DNA of 64,000 nt from an uncultured Ignavibacteria bacterium (GTDB lineage Bacteria; Zixibacteria; MSB-5A5; WJJR01). A model generated the notes under the pieces. It made no database searches and was not told the DNA's origin. It worked only from the letters and a program-made list of their open reading frames with translations. Where the stretch lies: NCBI GenBank assembly GCA_964593585.1, contig CAZQIZ010000003.1, forward strand, positions 299 to 64,298. Reading direction: 5' to 3'. Within the stretch, counting starts at the first letter, position 1. Every line of letters begins with the position of its first letter. Positions 21,600 to 33,040 of the stretch are shown in pieces. A program made the position numbers and the translations under genes.

Positions 21600-23048
21600 A
21601 TGAACCTGCGCCTGCTGGCCCGTGTCACGGGACTCATCCTCGCCATTGAAGCGCTGTTCATGGCGACGTCGATCGCCTGGGCGGTCGCCGACGCCGACTT
21701 CGACGCTGTGCAGAACTTCCTCGTCGCCGCAGGTCTGACCGGCGCGATCGGGCTCCTGGCCTGGCAATGGGGCCGCAAGAGCCCGATCGAATACATCCAT
21801 GCCCGTGAGGCGGTGGCGACCGTGACCATCGTCTGGATTGCCGTGGGGCTGTTCGGCGCTCTTCCCTACCTTCTGGAACGTGCCTTTCCCGATTGGTCAT
21901 CGGCGGTCTTCGAATCAATCTCGGGATTCACAACCACCGGCGCCAGCGCCTTCACGGATGTCGAGTCGCTCTCGCGCGCGCTGTTGTGGTGGCGGGCGCT
22001 CACGCATTGGCTGGGCGGGATGGGCATCATCGTGATGTTCATCGCCATCTTCCCGCGGCTGGGTCTGGGCGCGGTGCATTTGTTCCGTTCCGAGACCGCC
22101 GGACCGATCACCGAAAAACTGCGGCCGCGTCTCCGGCATACTTCGCTCATTCTCTGGTATATCTACATCGGTCTGACGTTCGCCGAGGTCGTGATGCTTT
22201 GGCTGTTCGGCCTGACGCCGTTTGAGGCGCTGACACACTCGTTTGCCACCATCGCCACGGGCGGATTCTCCACCCGCAACCTGAGCGTCGGCGGCTTCAA
22301 CTTGCCGGCGGTGGAGATGACCGTGCTGGCATTCATGGTGCTGGCGGGGATCAACTTCGGCCTTTACTACCGTATCGCGCGCGGAGAATGGCGCGACGCC
22401 TGGCGCGACCCGGAACTGCGTGCGTACCTCGTCATCATGGCGGTGGCGGTCGTGGCGGTCACCGCCGTCATCTCGCCCGCGCAGGATTCGATGGTGACGG
22501 CTCTGCGGCGTGGGAGCTTCTCGGTCGTGACCGTCAACACCGAGACCGGGTTTGCCACCGACGACTTCGACAAGTACCCCGATTTCGCCCGCCTGCTCTT
22601 GATTGGTCTGATGATCATGGGCGGCTGCGCCGGTTCCACTTCCGGCGGGATCAAAGTGGCGCGCATTGTGGTTGCGGCCCGGGCGTTCTTGAACGATCTG
22701 GTCAAAACCTTTCGTCCGCACGCGGTGCTGGCGGTGCGGGTGGGCGGCACGGCGATTGATCCGCACACCGTGCGCGAGGTTGCGCTCTACATCGGCGCGT
22801 TCCTCGTCGTGTTTCTGCTGGGATCGCTGATGTTGACCCTTTTGGGCGTCGATATGACATCCTCGCTGACGGCCAGCATCTCCTGTCTCGGAGGCTGCGG
22901 TCCGGGGCTGGGCGCGGTCGGCCCGATGGGCAACTACGCGTTTGTGCCGGCCGCCGGCAAACTCCTGCTGGCGCTGCTCATGATCCTCGGACGGCTCGAG
23001 ATCCTCACCGTCCTCGCGCTGGCCGTGCCCGCCTTCTGGCGCAAGTAG
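21600..23048 (+). CDS. trkH: Trk potassium transporter membrane subunit TrkH
   Basis: ORF 21600..23048, 482 aa. Polytopic membrane protein, TrkH/KtrB family, directly downstream of trkA. Confidence 0.9.
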   Translation: MNLRLLARVTGLILAIEALFMATSIAWAVADADFDAVQNFLVAAGLTGAIGLLAWQWGRKSPIEYIHAREAVATVTIVWIAVGLFGALPYLLERAFPDWSSAVFESISGFTTTGASAFTDVESLSRALLWWRALTHWLGGMGIIVMFIAIFPRLGLGAVHLFRSETAGPITEKLRPRLRHTSLILWYIYIGLTFAEVVMLWLFGLTPFEALTHSFATIATGGFSTRNLSVGGFNLPAVEMTVLAFMVLAGINFGLYYRIARGEWRDAWRDPELRAYLVIMAVAVVAVTAVISPAQDSMVTALRRGSFSVVTVNTETGFATDDFDKYPDFARLLLIGLMIMGGCAGSTSGGIKVARIVVAARAFLNDLVKTFRPHAVLAVRVGGTAIDPHTVREVALYIGAFLVVFLLGSLMLTLLGVDMTSSLTASISCLGGCGPGLGAVGPMGNYAFVPAAGKLLLALLMILGRLEILTVLALAVPAFWRK

Positions 23049-23065
23049 ACCGCCCTCAACGAAAA

Positions 23066-23091
23066 CGTCCCCCGGCGTGTGCCGGGGGACG
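23066..23091 (-). terminator. intrinsic terminator between convergent trkH and the esterase gene (11-bp GC stem)
   Basis: CGTCCCCCGGC-GTGT-GCCGGGGGACG. The minus strand is followed by TTTTCGTTGAGG, the same flank as the ftsH terminator. Confidence 0.65.
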
Positions 23092-23121
23092 CTCTCAAAC
23101 CCTCCCGCGCTCGCGGTTCGC

Positions 23122-24426
23122 TTACTGCGGGCCGTCGGGCCGGACCAGACGTTCCGAGTGAAACTTGATGACTTCGCGCAAGCGCGTGAGCAGCAAATCG
23201 GAATGCCCGGGCCGTATGGAGCCGGAGCCCTCGTATTCGACATAAGTATGCGCCACCCCGGCCTGGGTCAGCGCTTGGTGAAAGTCTCGGTTCTGCTCGA
23301 GGTAACCGTACTCGTTTTCCAGCCCGACATCGATATAGATGTCCAGGTCGTTCCAGAACTGCGGATCCTGGGCGCGCTTGGCGACAAAGACGTTCTTAAC
23401 GTCGGCCGAGTCGCGCCAGAGCGCCCACACCGGCTCGGAAATCGCGCCCGTGGAGTCGAAGATGACATCGACGCCCACGCCGAAGGTGTCAACCTGGCTG
23501 TCAAAGGCCAGCGTGTTGGCGCCGGCCGGACGCGGGCTGTAGAACTCCTGATTGTACAACGTGTCGAAGCGGCCGATGAACGGGAACTTCGGTACCAACT
23601 TCATGCCCAGCGAATCGAACACGCGCAACGGATGGGGCGAAAACGCCGAGGCCATCGCCAGGAAATTGCGGGTCTCGGCGTAGACCTCAAATCCGGCAGT
23701 CAACTTGGCATACAACTGCGGATCGCCCGGACCGGTGCCGTTCTCCTGGAACACCCGGTGTACGATGCCGTTGGTCGGATGCCAGACGCCGGTGCCGGCG
23801 TTCGGGTCGCCCAGCGACAACGGGCCCGACATGGAAGACACGGAGCTGAACAAGTCGGCATGGTCGAGCGTAAACCGCATCGCCCCGTATCCGCCCATTC
23901 CCTGACCCGAGAGGGCGCGCGCCGCGCGCCCGCCCCGCGTGTGAACCTTGTAGATGGACTCGACGTTGTCAATGAGCGCTTCGAGCATGTCCTCGTAGCC
24001 GCCGGTGGTCGCGGAATTGCGGTAATAGGACCCGCCGAAGTAGTTCGAGGCGTCCACCGTGACGATCAGCATCCGCCCGATCTCGCCGTTCTTGTACATC
24101 TCGTCGACCAGGGTCTGCAGTCCATAGCGCTCGAAATACCCGGCATCTCCCTGAAAGTCATGGAGAAGATAGAGCACCGGAAACGGCGCCTGCGGGATGG
24201 TCGGCGGCTCGTCGGAGGCATAAACCACCGTGACGCGCCGGGAATCGCGGTCCTCGGCCGAATTGCGGTCGAGTTGCGCGTCGAAGGAAAAGGTCGTGGT
24301 GACCGGCTGCTTGCTGGACAGGGTTGGCGGACCGAGCGGGCTTTCGTGCTCGGTGCAGCCGATCATCAGAAGGGCGGCGACGACCACCACCGCGCCAAGG
24401 CCAAACCATGTCGCCTGCTTACGCAC
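23122..24426 (-). CDS. esterase-family lipoprotein (PF00756-like alpha/beta hydrolase)
   Basis: ORF 23122..24426. Signal peptide plus lipobox LLMIGC, nucleophile elbow GQGMGG (GxSxG variant), esterase D/enterochelin-esterase-like segments. Confidence 0.7.
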   Translation of the reverse strand: MRKQATWFGLGAVVVVAALLMIGCTEHESPLGPPTLSSKQPVTTTFSFDAQLDRNSAEDRDSRRVTVVYASDEPPTIPQAPFPVLYLLHDFQGDAGYFERYGLQTLVDEMYKNGEIGRMLIVTVDASNYFGGSYYRNSATTGGYEDMLEALIDNVESIYKVHTRGGRAARALSGQGMGGYGAMRFTLDHADLFSSVSSMSGPLSLGDPNAGTGVWHPTNGIVHRVFQENGTGPGDPQLYAKLTAGFEVYAETRNFLAMASAFSPHPLRVFDSLGMKLVPKFPFIGRFDTLYNQEFYSPRPAGANTLAFDSQVDTFGVGVDVIFDSTGAISEPVWALWRDSADVKNVFVAKRAQDPQFWNDLDIYIDVGLENEYGYLEQNRDFHQALTQAGVAHTYVEYEGSGSIRPGHSDLLLTRLREVIKFHSERLVRPDGPQ

Positions 24427-24441
24427 GGATCATCCTCCCAG

Positions 24442-26001
24442 TTAGAACCGGTACGAGACCGACAGCAGCGTCTCGTAGCGCGTCAACGAATAGGTTCCGG
24501 GGAACACGCGGACGCCGTCGGGGGCGCCGCTCTGCGTGATCTCCCGTTCCGAGGCGAAGGCAATTTCCTGCGCCGCGGCCAATTCCCATTGCCCTGAAAT
24601 CATGTACGAAAACCCGGCGGTCAGCCCGATACGGTCGCCGACATCCGGGAAGTTGGGTGTGAAGGTGGAGTCCACCGCCGCGCCGCCGTCGTAGTAGACG
24701 CCGCCGCGCACGGCCACGTTCTCCTTGGCGAGGTATTCGAAGCCGCCGGAAACGCGAATCTGATCGTCCCATCCAAACGGCACGGTGAGACTGGTCAGTT
24801 CGCCCACGCCGACCGCCATGCCCGAGTCGGCAAAATCAATCTGCCACTCCTCGACCGCCGACCAGAAGGTCATCTCCAGGTCCACGGCCAAAAGCAGACG
24901 GTCGCTGGCGGTGTAGCCGATCCCGGCGCCGATCGCGGCGGGCAGTTCGAGGTCGTATTCATACTCCTGGCGGAAATAACTCGGCGCGCTGCGGACCGGA
25001 TCGCTGACGCCGAGGAAGTATGAGCGGGTCACATCGGGGAACAAATCGGCTTCGATGTCGCGGCGCTCGGCGTTGATCGGCCAAGCCATGTTCAGTTCCG
25101 CGGTGCCGTCCATCGGAATCGTCATCGGCGTCTTCGCGCTGAATCCGATGCTCAGTTTCTCGGAGGCGCGCCACAGCAAACCCATGTTGGCGCCGACGCC
25201 GAACCCGTTGCCTTCCATCCGATAGTCGCCGTAGAAGTTGTCGATCGGGTAATCGTCGAGCAGGTCATTCAGGTTGTTCTCGAACCCGATCACGCGGCGG
25301 TAGACCACATCGCCGCGGGCGATGGAGAGACCCACGCCAACGGCAATCTTGTCGCTGAACCGGCGCGCCAGCGTCGGGTGGATGTCCATCACATCAAGGT
25401 CGGTGTGGAAGTTGCGCTTGGTGTTGAACTCATAATCGGTATTGTAGCCCAACGGCGAGCGGAACAGATCCCACTGGTAGTTCACATCATAAGGCCACAG
25501 CACGCCGACACCGTACGCCCAGCTGGACCCTTCGCGCGGCGCCATCACCAATGCTAGCGACGGGATTGGCCAGGTGTCGTTGGTGGAATACAGCTCGCCG
25601 GAGGTGTCCGCCGCCAGGTATCCCTGATCGATGCCGTTGGCGCTGATGTTGGGATCGAACGCCAGACGCGGCGTGTAGGTGCCGAGCGTGGCGTTCAACT
25701 CATTCTTCTCTAAAAACGCCAGCCCGGCGGGGTTGTAACTCAGCGCGCTCCAGTCGCTGGCGACCCCGCGAAACGCTCCGCCCATCGACCGGGCGCGCAG
25801 CCCGACCCCGGCGGTCGAAAAACCCGCGGCTTCCCCATCGGCCGCGGCCAGCAAGAGAAGCCCCCCGGTCAACGCCGCTACCGTCACGACGGCGTGACGC
25901 CGAAATCCCGCGATACGACGCAATTGCCTCTCCCCGTTCAAGGTTGTCCTTAACCGTTGTGTGGCATTCAGAAAGCCACGCGAAACTGTGAATTTACCCA
26001 C
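24442..26001 (-). CDS. outer membrane transport protein, FadL/TodX (OMPP1) family
   Basis: ORF 24442..26001. N-terminal family signature AGFSTAGVGLRARSMGGAFRGVASDWSALSYNPAGL, alternating beta-strand pattern, C-terminal ...YRF (terminal Phe). Confidence 0.85.
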   Translation of the reverse strand: MGKFTVSRGFLNATQRLRTTLNGERQLRRIAGFRRHAVVTVAALTGGLLLLAAADGEAAGFSTAGVGLRARSMGGAFRGVASDWSALSYNPAGLAFLEKNELNATLGTYTPRLAFDPNISANGIDQGYLAADTSGELYSTNDTWPIPSLALVMAPREGSSWAYGVGVLWPYDVNYQWDLFRSPLGYNTDYEFNTKRNFHTDLDVMDIHPTLARRFSDKIAVGVGLSIARGDVVYRRVIGFENNLNDLLDDYPIDNFYGDYRMEGNGFGVGANMGLLWRASEKLSIGFSAKTPMTIPMDGTAELNMAWPINAERRDIEADLFPDVTRSYFLGVSDPVRSAPSYFRQEYEYDLELPAAIGAGIGYTASDRLLLAVDLEMTFWSAVEEWQIDFADSGMAVGVGELTSLTVPFGWDDQIRVSGGFEYLAKENVAVRGGVYYDGGAAVDSTFTPNFPDVGDRIGLTAGFSYMISGQWELAAAQEIAFASEREITQSGAPDGVRVFPGTYSLTRYETLLSVSYRF

Positions 26002-26280
26002 CCCCGCGAACCGCAGTCAAACGCTTTCTGGCCCGCGTATTACGGCTCTGACACAACCGTCCAAGCCGGCAGAACACCATCACATGCGTCCCGCCAGACC
26101 GCCGCAACGCCATCATTACAACTGGGCACGTCGCTTATTCCCGCCGATATCGGAAACTCCGGTAAGTGATTGCCTGTTATTGCCGAAACGGCTACCTTGC
26201 GGGCTTGGCGGCATTTACCGCCTTGTCGACAGCCACTTAAGTCGTTCGTGCCGTGTGGGCACGGAAGGTCCTGCCTCCTC

Positions 26281-29154
26281 ATGTCTGGTTTCATTCAAAT
26301 CAAAGGCGCGCGCGAACACAACCTGCGCAACCTCTCGCTGAAGATCCCCCGCGACAAACTGGTCGTCATTACCGGACTGTCCGGGTCCGGAAAGTCATCG
26401 CTGGCCTTTGACACAATCTACGCCGAGGGGCAAAGGCGGTATGTCGAGTCGTTGTCGGCGTATGCCCGCCAGTTCCTCGGCCTGATGGAGAAGCCGGATG
26501 TGGATTTCATCGACGGTCTCTCGCCGGCGATCTCGATCGAGCAGCGAACCTCGGCGCGCAATCCGCGTTCGACCGTGGGCACAGTCACCGAAATCTACGA
26601 TTACCTGCGTCTGCTCTACGCGCGCGTCGGCATCCCCCACTGCCCGCGCTGCCGCCGCCCGATCGCACGGCAGACGGTCTCGCAGATGGTCGATCAGTTG
26701 ATGGACCTGCCGGTGAAGACGCGCCTGGTCATCCTGGCGCCGCTGGCGGTCGGCCGCAAGGGAGAGCACAAGGACATCCTCGATCAGATCAAGAAGAAGG
26801 GGCTGGTGCGGGTGCGTATCGACGGCGAGATCTTCGAAATCGATGAGGCGCCCGCCCTCAATAAGAAGGTCAAGCACACCATCGAAGCGGTGGTCGACCG
26901 TCTGGTCGCCGCGCCAACCATCAAGTCACGGCTGGCCGATTCATTGGAGACGGCGCTGCGGCTCTCCTCCGGCGCCGCCCGGGTTGTGATCGGGTCGCAT
27001 GACGAGGCGGTCTTCTCCGAAAACGCGGCCTGTCCCAACTGCGGACTGTCGTTCGAGGAACCCTCGCCGCGCCTGTTTTCGTTCAACTCCCCCTTCGGCG
27101 CCTGTTCCACCTGCGGCGGACTGGGCCACAAACTGGAGATCGATCCCGATCTTGTCCTGCCGGACCCGACCCGTTCGATCTTCGAGGGCGCCATCGTGCC
27201 CTGGGGCGAAGATCCGGCCAACTGGTATCGCTTCATGCTGCGCGGGGTCGCCAATCACTTCAACTTCAATTTTCGCACGCGGTTCTGTGACCTGCCCAAG
27301 GAGGCGCAGAAGGTGATTCTCTATGGATCGGGCTCCAAGGAGTTCCGGTTTGCCTATGAGCACTCCAATGGCCGCGGCAAGGGGGAATTCACCGGCAAGT
27401 TCGAGGGCGTCATCCCCAACCTCGAGCGGCGTTACCGTCAAACCGAGTCGTCGTCGGTGCGTCAGTGGATCGAACAGTACATGCGCATGACCCCCTGCCC
27501 GGACTGCAAGGGGGCGCGGCTGAAGCCTGAGGCGCTCTCGGTATTTGTCGGTGGCAAGTCGATCCACGATGTCGTCACCATGCCGATCAAACAGTCGTCG
27601 CGCTTTTTCGCCCACCTCGAACTCAACCCGCGCGAACTGAAGATCGCGCGGCAGATTCTCAAGGAGATCAACGAGCGGCTCGGATTCCTCGTCAATGTCG
27701 GCCTCGACTACATGACGCTGGACCGCTCGGCGCAGACGCTCTCCGGCGGCGAGGCGCAGCGCATCCGTCTGGCGACCCAGATCGGCTCGCGCCTGGTCGG
27801 CGTGCTCTATATCCTCGACGAACCCTCCATCGGACTGCACCAGCGCGACAACCGCCGCCTGCTGGACACCCTCACCGGACTGCGCGACCTCGGCAACACG
27901 GTGATCGTGGTGGAACATGACCGCGAGACCATTGAGGAGGCCGATTTCGTTGTCGACCTCGGGCCGGGCGCAGGCAAAAACGGCGGCGAGATCGTCGCCA
28001 TCGGTCCGCCCGCCAAGATCAAGGCCACCAAGACCTCGCTCACCGGCCAGTACCTCAGCCACCGCCGCTCCATCCCGGTGCCGCGCCTGCGCCGCAAGGG
28101 AAGCGGCGACACGCTGCGGCTCGTCGGCGCCAGCGGCAACAACCTAAAGGACGTCACCGTCGAATTCCCGCTGGGCGTGCTCACCTGCGTAACCGGCGTC
28201 TCGGGATCGGGGAAGTCGACCTTGATCAATGAGACGCTCTACCGCATCTGCGCCCAGCATTTCTTCGATGCCAAGCATCCGCCGCTGGCCTATCGGAAGA
28301 TCGACGGGCTCAAGTTGCTGGACAAGGTGATCGACATCGACCAGTCGCCGATCGGACGCACCCCGCGCTCGAACCCGGCGACTTACACCGGCGTCTTCAC
28401 CTTCATCCGCGACCTGTTCGCGCAGTTGCCGGAGGCCCGGATGCGCGGCTATGAACCCGGGCGCTTTTCGTTCAACGTCAAGGGCGGGCGCTGCGAGGCC
28501 TGCGAGGGCGACGGCATCATTAAAATCGAGATGCATTTCCTGCCCGATGTCTATGTCCCCTGCGAGGTCTGCAAGGGCAAGCGCTACAACCGTGAAACGC
28601 TCGAGGTCATGTACAAGGGCAAGAGCATCGCCGATGTCCTCGACCTGACCGTCGATGAGGCGCTCGAGTTCTTCGCCAACATCCCGCGCATCCGGCAGAA
28701 GCTATTGACACTCTCGCAGGTCGGGCTGGGTTACATTCACCTCGGCCAACAGGCGACCACGCTCTCCGGCGGAGAGGCCCAGCGTGTCAAACTGTCGACC
28801 GAATTGTCAAAGACCGCGACCGGCCGGACGTTGTATATCCTGGATGAGCCGACGACGGGCTTGCATTTCGAGGACATCCGGATGCTCCTTGGCGTCCTCA
28901 ACGAGTTGGTCGACCGGGGCAACACCGTGATCGTGATTGAACATAACCTCGACGTGATCAAGACCGCCGACTGGATCATCGACCTCGGCCCCGAAGGGGG
29001 CGAGGACGGCGGGATGATTGTCGCCGCCGGCGCCCCGGAAGCGGTGGCGCGCATCGAGCGCTCCCACACAGGGCGGTTCCTGAAAGCGGAACTGAAGAAC
29101 GCGCGCAACGGTCGTGACGCCGCCCGTCGGGCGACGGCCGACATCGCCGCCTGA
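26281..29154 (+). CDS. uvrA: excinuclease ABC subunit A
   Basis: Start [18 protein letters not shown] at ATG 26281 within ORF 26170..29154. Two ABC ATPase modules ([18 protein letters not shown]) and zinc-finger Cys pairs. Confidence 0.97.
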   Translation: MSGFIQIKGAREHNLRNLSLKIPRDKLVVITGLSGSGKSSLAFDTIYAEGQRRYVESLSAYARQFLGLMEKPDVDFIDGLSPAISIEQRTSARNPRSTVGTVTEIYDYLRLLYARVGIPHCPRCRRPIARQTVSQMVDQLMDLPVKTRLVILAPLAVGRKGEHKDILDQIKKKGLVRVRIDGEIFEIDEAPALNKKVKHTIEAVVDRLVAAPTIKSRLADSLETALRLSSGAARVVIGSHDEAVFSENAACPNCGLSFEEPSPRLFSFNSPFGACSTCGGLGHKLEIDPDLVLPDPTRSIFEGAIVPWGEDPANWYRFMLRGVANHFNFNFRTRFCDLPKEAQKVILYGSGSKEFRFAYEHSNGRGKGEFTGKFEGVIPNLERRYRQTESSSVRQWIEQYMRMTPCPDCKGARLKPEALSVFVGGKSIHDVVTMPIKQSSRFFAHLELNPRELKIARQILKEINERLGFLVNVGLDYMTLDRSAQTLSGGEAQRIRLATQIGSRLVGVLYILDEPSIGLHQRDNRRLLDTLTGLRDLGNTVIVVEHDRETIEEADFVVDLGPGAGKNGGEIVAIGPPAKIKATKTSLTGQYLSHRRSIPVPRLRRKGSGDTLRLVGASGNNLKDVTVEFPLGVLTCVTGVSGSGKSTLINETLYRICAQHFFDAKHPPLAYRKIDGLKLLDKVIDIDQSPIGRTPRSNPATYTGVFTFIRDLFAQLPEARMRGYEPGRFSFNVKGGRCEACEGDGIIKIEMHFLPDVYVPCEVCKGKRYNRETLEVMYKGKSIADVLDLTVDEALEFFANIPRIRQKLLTLSQVGLGYIHLGQQATTLSGGEAQRVKLSTELSKTATGRTLYILDEPTTGLHFEDIRMLLGVLNELVDRGNTVIVIEHNLDVIKTADWIIDLGPEGGEDGGMIVAAGAPEAVARIERSHTGRFLKAELKNARNGRDAARRATADIAA

Positions 29155-29188
29155 CGCAACGCCATCGATCAAGCGAAGGAAGGATACC

Positions 29189-31117
29189 ATGGGTCAGAAT
29201 CTCGTTCAGAAAATCATCAACGCGCACCTGGTCGACGGCACGCCGGTGGCCGGGCAGCCGATCGCCATCCGGATCGACCAGACGCTGACGCAGGACGCCA
29301 CCGGCACGATGGCCTACCTGCAATTCGAAGCGCTGGGCATCGACAAGGTCCGCACCGAGCGTTCGGTGTCGTACGTCGACCACAACATGCTCCAGGCGGG
29401 ATTTGAAAACGCCGACGACCATCAGTACCTGCAGAGCGTCGCCGCCCGCTACGGCATCGATTTCTCCCGTCCGGGCAACGGCATCTGCCACCAGGTGCAT
29501 CTGGAGCGCTACGGTGTTCCGGGCAAGACGCTCTTGGGCTCGGATTCGCACACGCCCACCAACGGCGGGTTGGGGATGCTGGCCATCGGCGCCGGCGGAT
29601 TGGATGTGGCCGTGGCCATGGCCGGCGTCGCCTTCAACCTCACCATGCCCAAGGTAATCCGCATCAACCTCAAGGGCAAACTGCAGCCCTGGGTCGCCGC
29701 CAAGGACATCATCCTCGAAATTCTGCGCCAATTGACCGTCAAGGGCGGCGTCGGCAAGATTCTTGAGTATTCGGGCGACGGTGTCAAGAGTCTGACCGTG
29801 CCGGAGCGCGCCACGATCACCAACATGGGCGCCGAACTCGGCGCGACGACCTCTGTCTTCCCTTCGGATGAGAACACGCGCAAGTATCTGGCGATGCAGG
29901 GACGCGAGAAGGACTATGCGCCGCTGGCCGCCGATCCCGATGCGACCTATGACGGCGAGGTTGTCATCGACCTAAACACGCTCGAGCCGATGATCGCCCA
30001 GCCGCACTCGCCCGACAAGGTGGTCCCAGTGCGCACCGTGGCGGGAATGAAGGTCGATCAGGTCTGTGTGGGATCCTGCACGAATTCCTCCCTGTATGAC
30101 CTGATGGTGACCGCCGCCATCCTCAAGGGCAAGCATGTGCATCCGAACGTGAGCATGACGGTGACACCCGGTTCGCGCCAGGTGTTCACCGCGATCGCGC
30201 AGGCGGGGGCGTTGGCCGACATCATCGCCGGCGGCGCGCGCATCCTCGAATCGGCCTGCGGGCCGTGCATCGGCATGGGCCAGGCGCCGCCATCGGGCGG
30301 CGTGTCGATCCGCAGTTTCAACCGCAACTTTGAGGGGCGCTCGGGCACCAGGGACGCCAATGTCTACCTCGCCTCGCCGCAAGTCTGCGCCGTCTGCGCC
30401 CTGACCGGCGAGATCTCCGACCCGCGCACGTGGGGTCCGGAACCGAAAATCGTGCTGCCAGATGAGATTCCGCTCGATGACGCGCTGATCGTCAAGCCGC
30501 CGCAGGACCGTCAGAAGGTCGAGATCAAGCGCGGACCGAATATCAAGCCCCTGCCCAAGCAGGTGCCGCTGCCCAGCGCCATCAACGGCGAAGTGCTGCT
30601 GAAGGTCGGCGACAACATCACCACCGATCACATCATGCCGGCAGGCGCCAAGGTTCTGCCGCTGCGGTCGAACATCCCGGCAATCTCGGAGTTTGTCTTT
30701 GTCCGTGTCGATCCCGACTTCCCGCGCCGCGCCAAGGAGAAAAAGGGCGGCATCATTGTCGGCGGCGACAACTACGGTCAGGGTTCCTCGCGCGAGCACG
30801 CGGCGCTGGCACCGATGTACCTGGGCGTCAAGGCGGTCATCGCCAAGACGTTTGCCCGCATTCATCACGCCAACCTCGTCAACTTCGGCATTCCGCCGCT
30901 GACCTTCGCCAACCCGGCCGACTATGATCGCATCGATCAGGGCGATGTCCTCGACATCCCCGGACTGGCCGACAAGATCAAAAGCGGCGCGCCGCTTACG
31001 GCCCGCAACGTCACCAAGGGGTACGATTTCCCGCTGACGTACGATCTGACGCCCTTCAACCGCGCGGTGTTGATGGAAGGCGGACTGCTCAACTACACCA
31101 GCCGTCACGCCGCGTAA
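29189..31117 (+). CDS. aconitase-family hydro-lyase with fused LeuC-like catalytic and LeuD-like swivel domains
   Basis: Start MGQNLVQKIINAHLV at ATG 29189. Fe-S ligand context GSCTNSS and CGPCIGMG. C-terminal swivel GDNITTDHIMPAG. 642 aa. Confidence 0.85.
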   Translation: MGQNLVQKIINAHLVDGTPVAGQPIAIRIDQTLTQDATGTMAYLQFEALGIDKVRTERSVSYVDHNMLQAGFENADDHQYLQSVAARYGIDFSRPGNGICHQVHLERYGVPGKTLLGSDSHTPTNGGLGMLAIGAGGLDVAVAMAGVAFNLTMPKVIRINLKGKLQPWVAAKDIILEILRQLTVKGGVGKILEYSGDGVKSLTVPERATITNMGAELGATTSVFPSDENTRKYLAMQGREKDYAPLAADPDATYDGEVVIDLNTLEPMIAQPHSPDKVVPVRTVAGMKVDQVCVGSCTNSSLYDLMVTAAILKGKHVHPNVSMTVTPGSRQVFTAIAQAGALADIIAGGARILESACGPCIGMGQAPPSGGVSIRSFNRNFEGRSGTRDANVYLASPQVCAVCALTGEISDPRTWGPEPKIVLPDEIPLDDALIVKPPQDRQKVEIKRGPNIKPLPKQVPLPSAINGEVLLKVGDNITTDHIMPAGAKVLPLRSNIPAISEFVFVRVDPDFPRRAKEKKGGIIVGGDNYGQGSSREHAALAPMYLGVKAVIAKTFARIHHANLVNFGIPPLTFANPADYDRIDQGDVLDIPGLADKIKSGAPLTARNVTKGYDFPLTYDLTPFNRAVLMEGGLLNYTSRHAA

Positions 31118-31138
31118 CGGCATTGCAGGAGGGGAGAC

Positions 31139-32251
31139 ATGGAAACCGCAACGGCGCCGTTGAAACTCACGCCCCTGACCGCGATCCACGAGCGGCTGGG
31201 CGCGCGGATGGTGCCCTTCGCCGGTTACCGCATGCCGGTGCAGTACTCCGGGATCATCCCGGAGCACCGCGCCGTGCGCCAGTCCGTCGGGATCTTCGAT
31301 CTGACCCACATGGGCGAATTCGAGGTCCGCGGTCCCGGCGCGATCGAGTTCCTCGAACGCATGACCACAAACGATGTCAGCGCGCTGAAAGTGCACCAGT
31401 GCCAATACACCGTGATGATGAACGACACGGGCGGAATCGTCGATGATCTGCTCATCTACCGCCGTCCCGAAGGGGCAATGCTGGTGGTCAACGCCTCCAA
31501 CATCGACAAGGATTTCGCCTGGCTCAAGCAGCACTGCCCGCCGGGTGTCCAGCTGACCAATCACTCCGACGAGACCGCGCTGGTGGCCATCCAGGGTCCG
31601 CGCGCGCAGAATGTTGTCGGCCGATTGATCCAGCACGACTTGGACGCGCTCCCCTTCTATTGGGCGGCCGACACGAAGTACGATGGTCGCCCGATCGTCT
31701 TCTCGCGCACAGGGTACACCGGCGAGGATGGATTTGAAATCTACCTGCCCAACGATTTGGCGGTGAAATTCTGGCAGCAGGCGATGGAGGCGGGGCAAAC
31801 GTTCGGCATACTGCCAATCGGCCTCGGTGCGCGCGACACTCTGCGGTTGGAGATGAAGTACGCGCTCTATGGCAACGACATCGACATGACCACCAACCCG
31901 ATTGAAGCGGGACTGGGCTGGGTGGTCAAGGAGAATAAGCCGTTCGAATTCATCGGGAAAAAACACATACTCGATGCCAAGAAATCCGGCCCCCGACGCA
32001 AGCTGGTCGCCTTCGTCATGGACGAAAAAGCGATTCCGCGTCACGGGTGCGAGATCCGCGCCGGTGCCGCCGCCATCGGCACCGTGACCTCGGGCACGCA
32101 CTCACCGTCGCTGGACAAGGGGATCGGCATGGGATATGTGACCTCCGAGTACAGCAAAGTCGGATCCAAGCTTGAGATCGTCATCCGCGACAAGGGAGTC
32201 CCCGCCACTGTCGTCAAGCCGCCATTCGTCGCCAACACCAGCCATCGATAG
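31139..32251 (+). CDS. gcvT: glycine cleavage system T protein (aminomethyltransferase)
   Basis: ORF 31139..32251, 370 aa. GcvT N-terminal MPVQYSGIIPEH, GFDLTHMG-type and full-length family similarity. Confidence 0.93.
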   Translation: METATAPLKLTPLTAIHERLGARMVPFAGYRMPVQYSGIIPEHRAVRQSVGIFDLTHMGEFEVRGPGAIEFLERMTTNDVSALKVHQCQYTVMMNDTGGIVDDLLIYRRPEGAMLVVNASNIDKDFAWLKQHCPPGVQLTNHSDETALVAIQGPRAQNVVGRLIQHDLDALPFYWAADTKYDGRPIVFSRTGYTGEDGFEIYLPNDLAVKFWQQAMEAGQTFGILPIGLGARDTLRLEMKYALYGNDIDMTTNPIEAGLGWVVKENKPFEFIGKKHILDAKKSGPRRKLVAFVMDEKAIPRHGCEIRAGAAAIGTVTSGTHSPSLDKGIGMGYVTSEYSKVGSKLEIVIRDKGVPATVVKPPFVANTSHR

Positions 32252-32299
32252 GACCAACCCATCGGCGCGCCACCCTGACGGGTTGCGCGCCATTCCTCT

Positions 32300-33022
32300 A
32301 TGTTCATCTCTGTCTCCCTTTCCCCCGGCAGCCGCGCGCAGGATCTGGCCCAAGTCCAGGACACGCTCGGCTGCTATGTCGTCATCGACGTGCTGCGGGC
32401 TTCAACGGTGATCTGTACCGCGCTGGCCAACGGCGCGCGTGAAGTGACGCCCTATGCGTCGGTGGAGGCGGCTCGTGCCGCCCGGCGGGGCGATGCCCTG
32501 CTGTGCGGGGAACGCGACGGGGTCAAATTGCCCGGCTTCGATTGCGGCAACTCGCCATCCGAGTACACAGCCGAAGCCATTGGCGGACGCACGCTGCTCT
32601 ACGCCTCCACCAACGGGGCGGTGGCGCTGGCCAATGCGCCGGAGAAGGCCGAGACCCTGGTCGCCGGGTTTGTCAATCTCACTGCGGCGGCCGAGGCCAT
32701 CGACAGAATTGGGCTGACCACATTGATCGTCTGCGCCGGCAAGGAAGGACGCTTCGCCCTCGAGGATGCGGTCTGCGCCGGCGCGTTGATCGCCAAATTG
32801 TGGGAGGTCTCCGAGCACGCTGAGCCGGCCACCGACAGCGCCTACGCCGCGCAGGCGCTCTGGGATCGGTACAAGGACGATCCCAACATGGCGCTCTGGC
32901 AGAGCGAGCACGGCCAGTTTCTGATGTCGCTGGGATTCGGCGCCGATCTGGCGGCATGCGCCGCGATCGACACGACGTCGGTCGTGCCGGTCACACGCAA
33001 CGGCACGCTGGTGACGGCATGA
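32300..33022 (+). CDS. 2-phosphosulfolactate phosphatase (ComB) family protein
   Basis: ORF 32300..33022. VVIDVLRASTVI N-terminal signature and ComB family length (240 aa). Confidence 0.7.
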   Translation: MFISVSLSPGSRAQDLAQVQDTLGCYVVIDVLRASTVICTALANGAREVTPYASVEAARAARRGDALLCGERDGVKLPGFDCGNSPSEYTAEAIGGRTLLYASTNGAVALANAPEKAETLVAGFVNLTAAAEAIDRIGLTTLIVCAGKEGRFALEDAVCAGALIAKLWEVSEHAEPATDSAYAAQALWDRYKDDPNMALWQSEHGQFLMSLGFGADLAACAAIDTTSVVPVTRNGTLVTA

Positions 33023-33040
33023 GAACTGTCGCGGCCTCGC

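Noticed and set aside
23077-24597. 506-aa plus ORF
   Set aside because: Antisense to the esterase gene, which has a lipobox and nucleophile elbow in the correct frame.
26001-26281. possible SOS (LexA) box upstream of uvrA
   Set aside because: No CTGT-N8-ACAG or GAAC-N4-GTTC-type palindrome is present. Only a short imperfect hairpin (CGTGCC-GTGTG-GGCACG) was seen, which is not diagnostic.
29972-32101. 709-aa minus ORF
   Set aside because: Antisense to the aconitase-family and gcvT genes.
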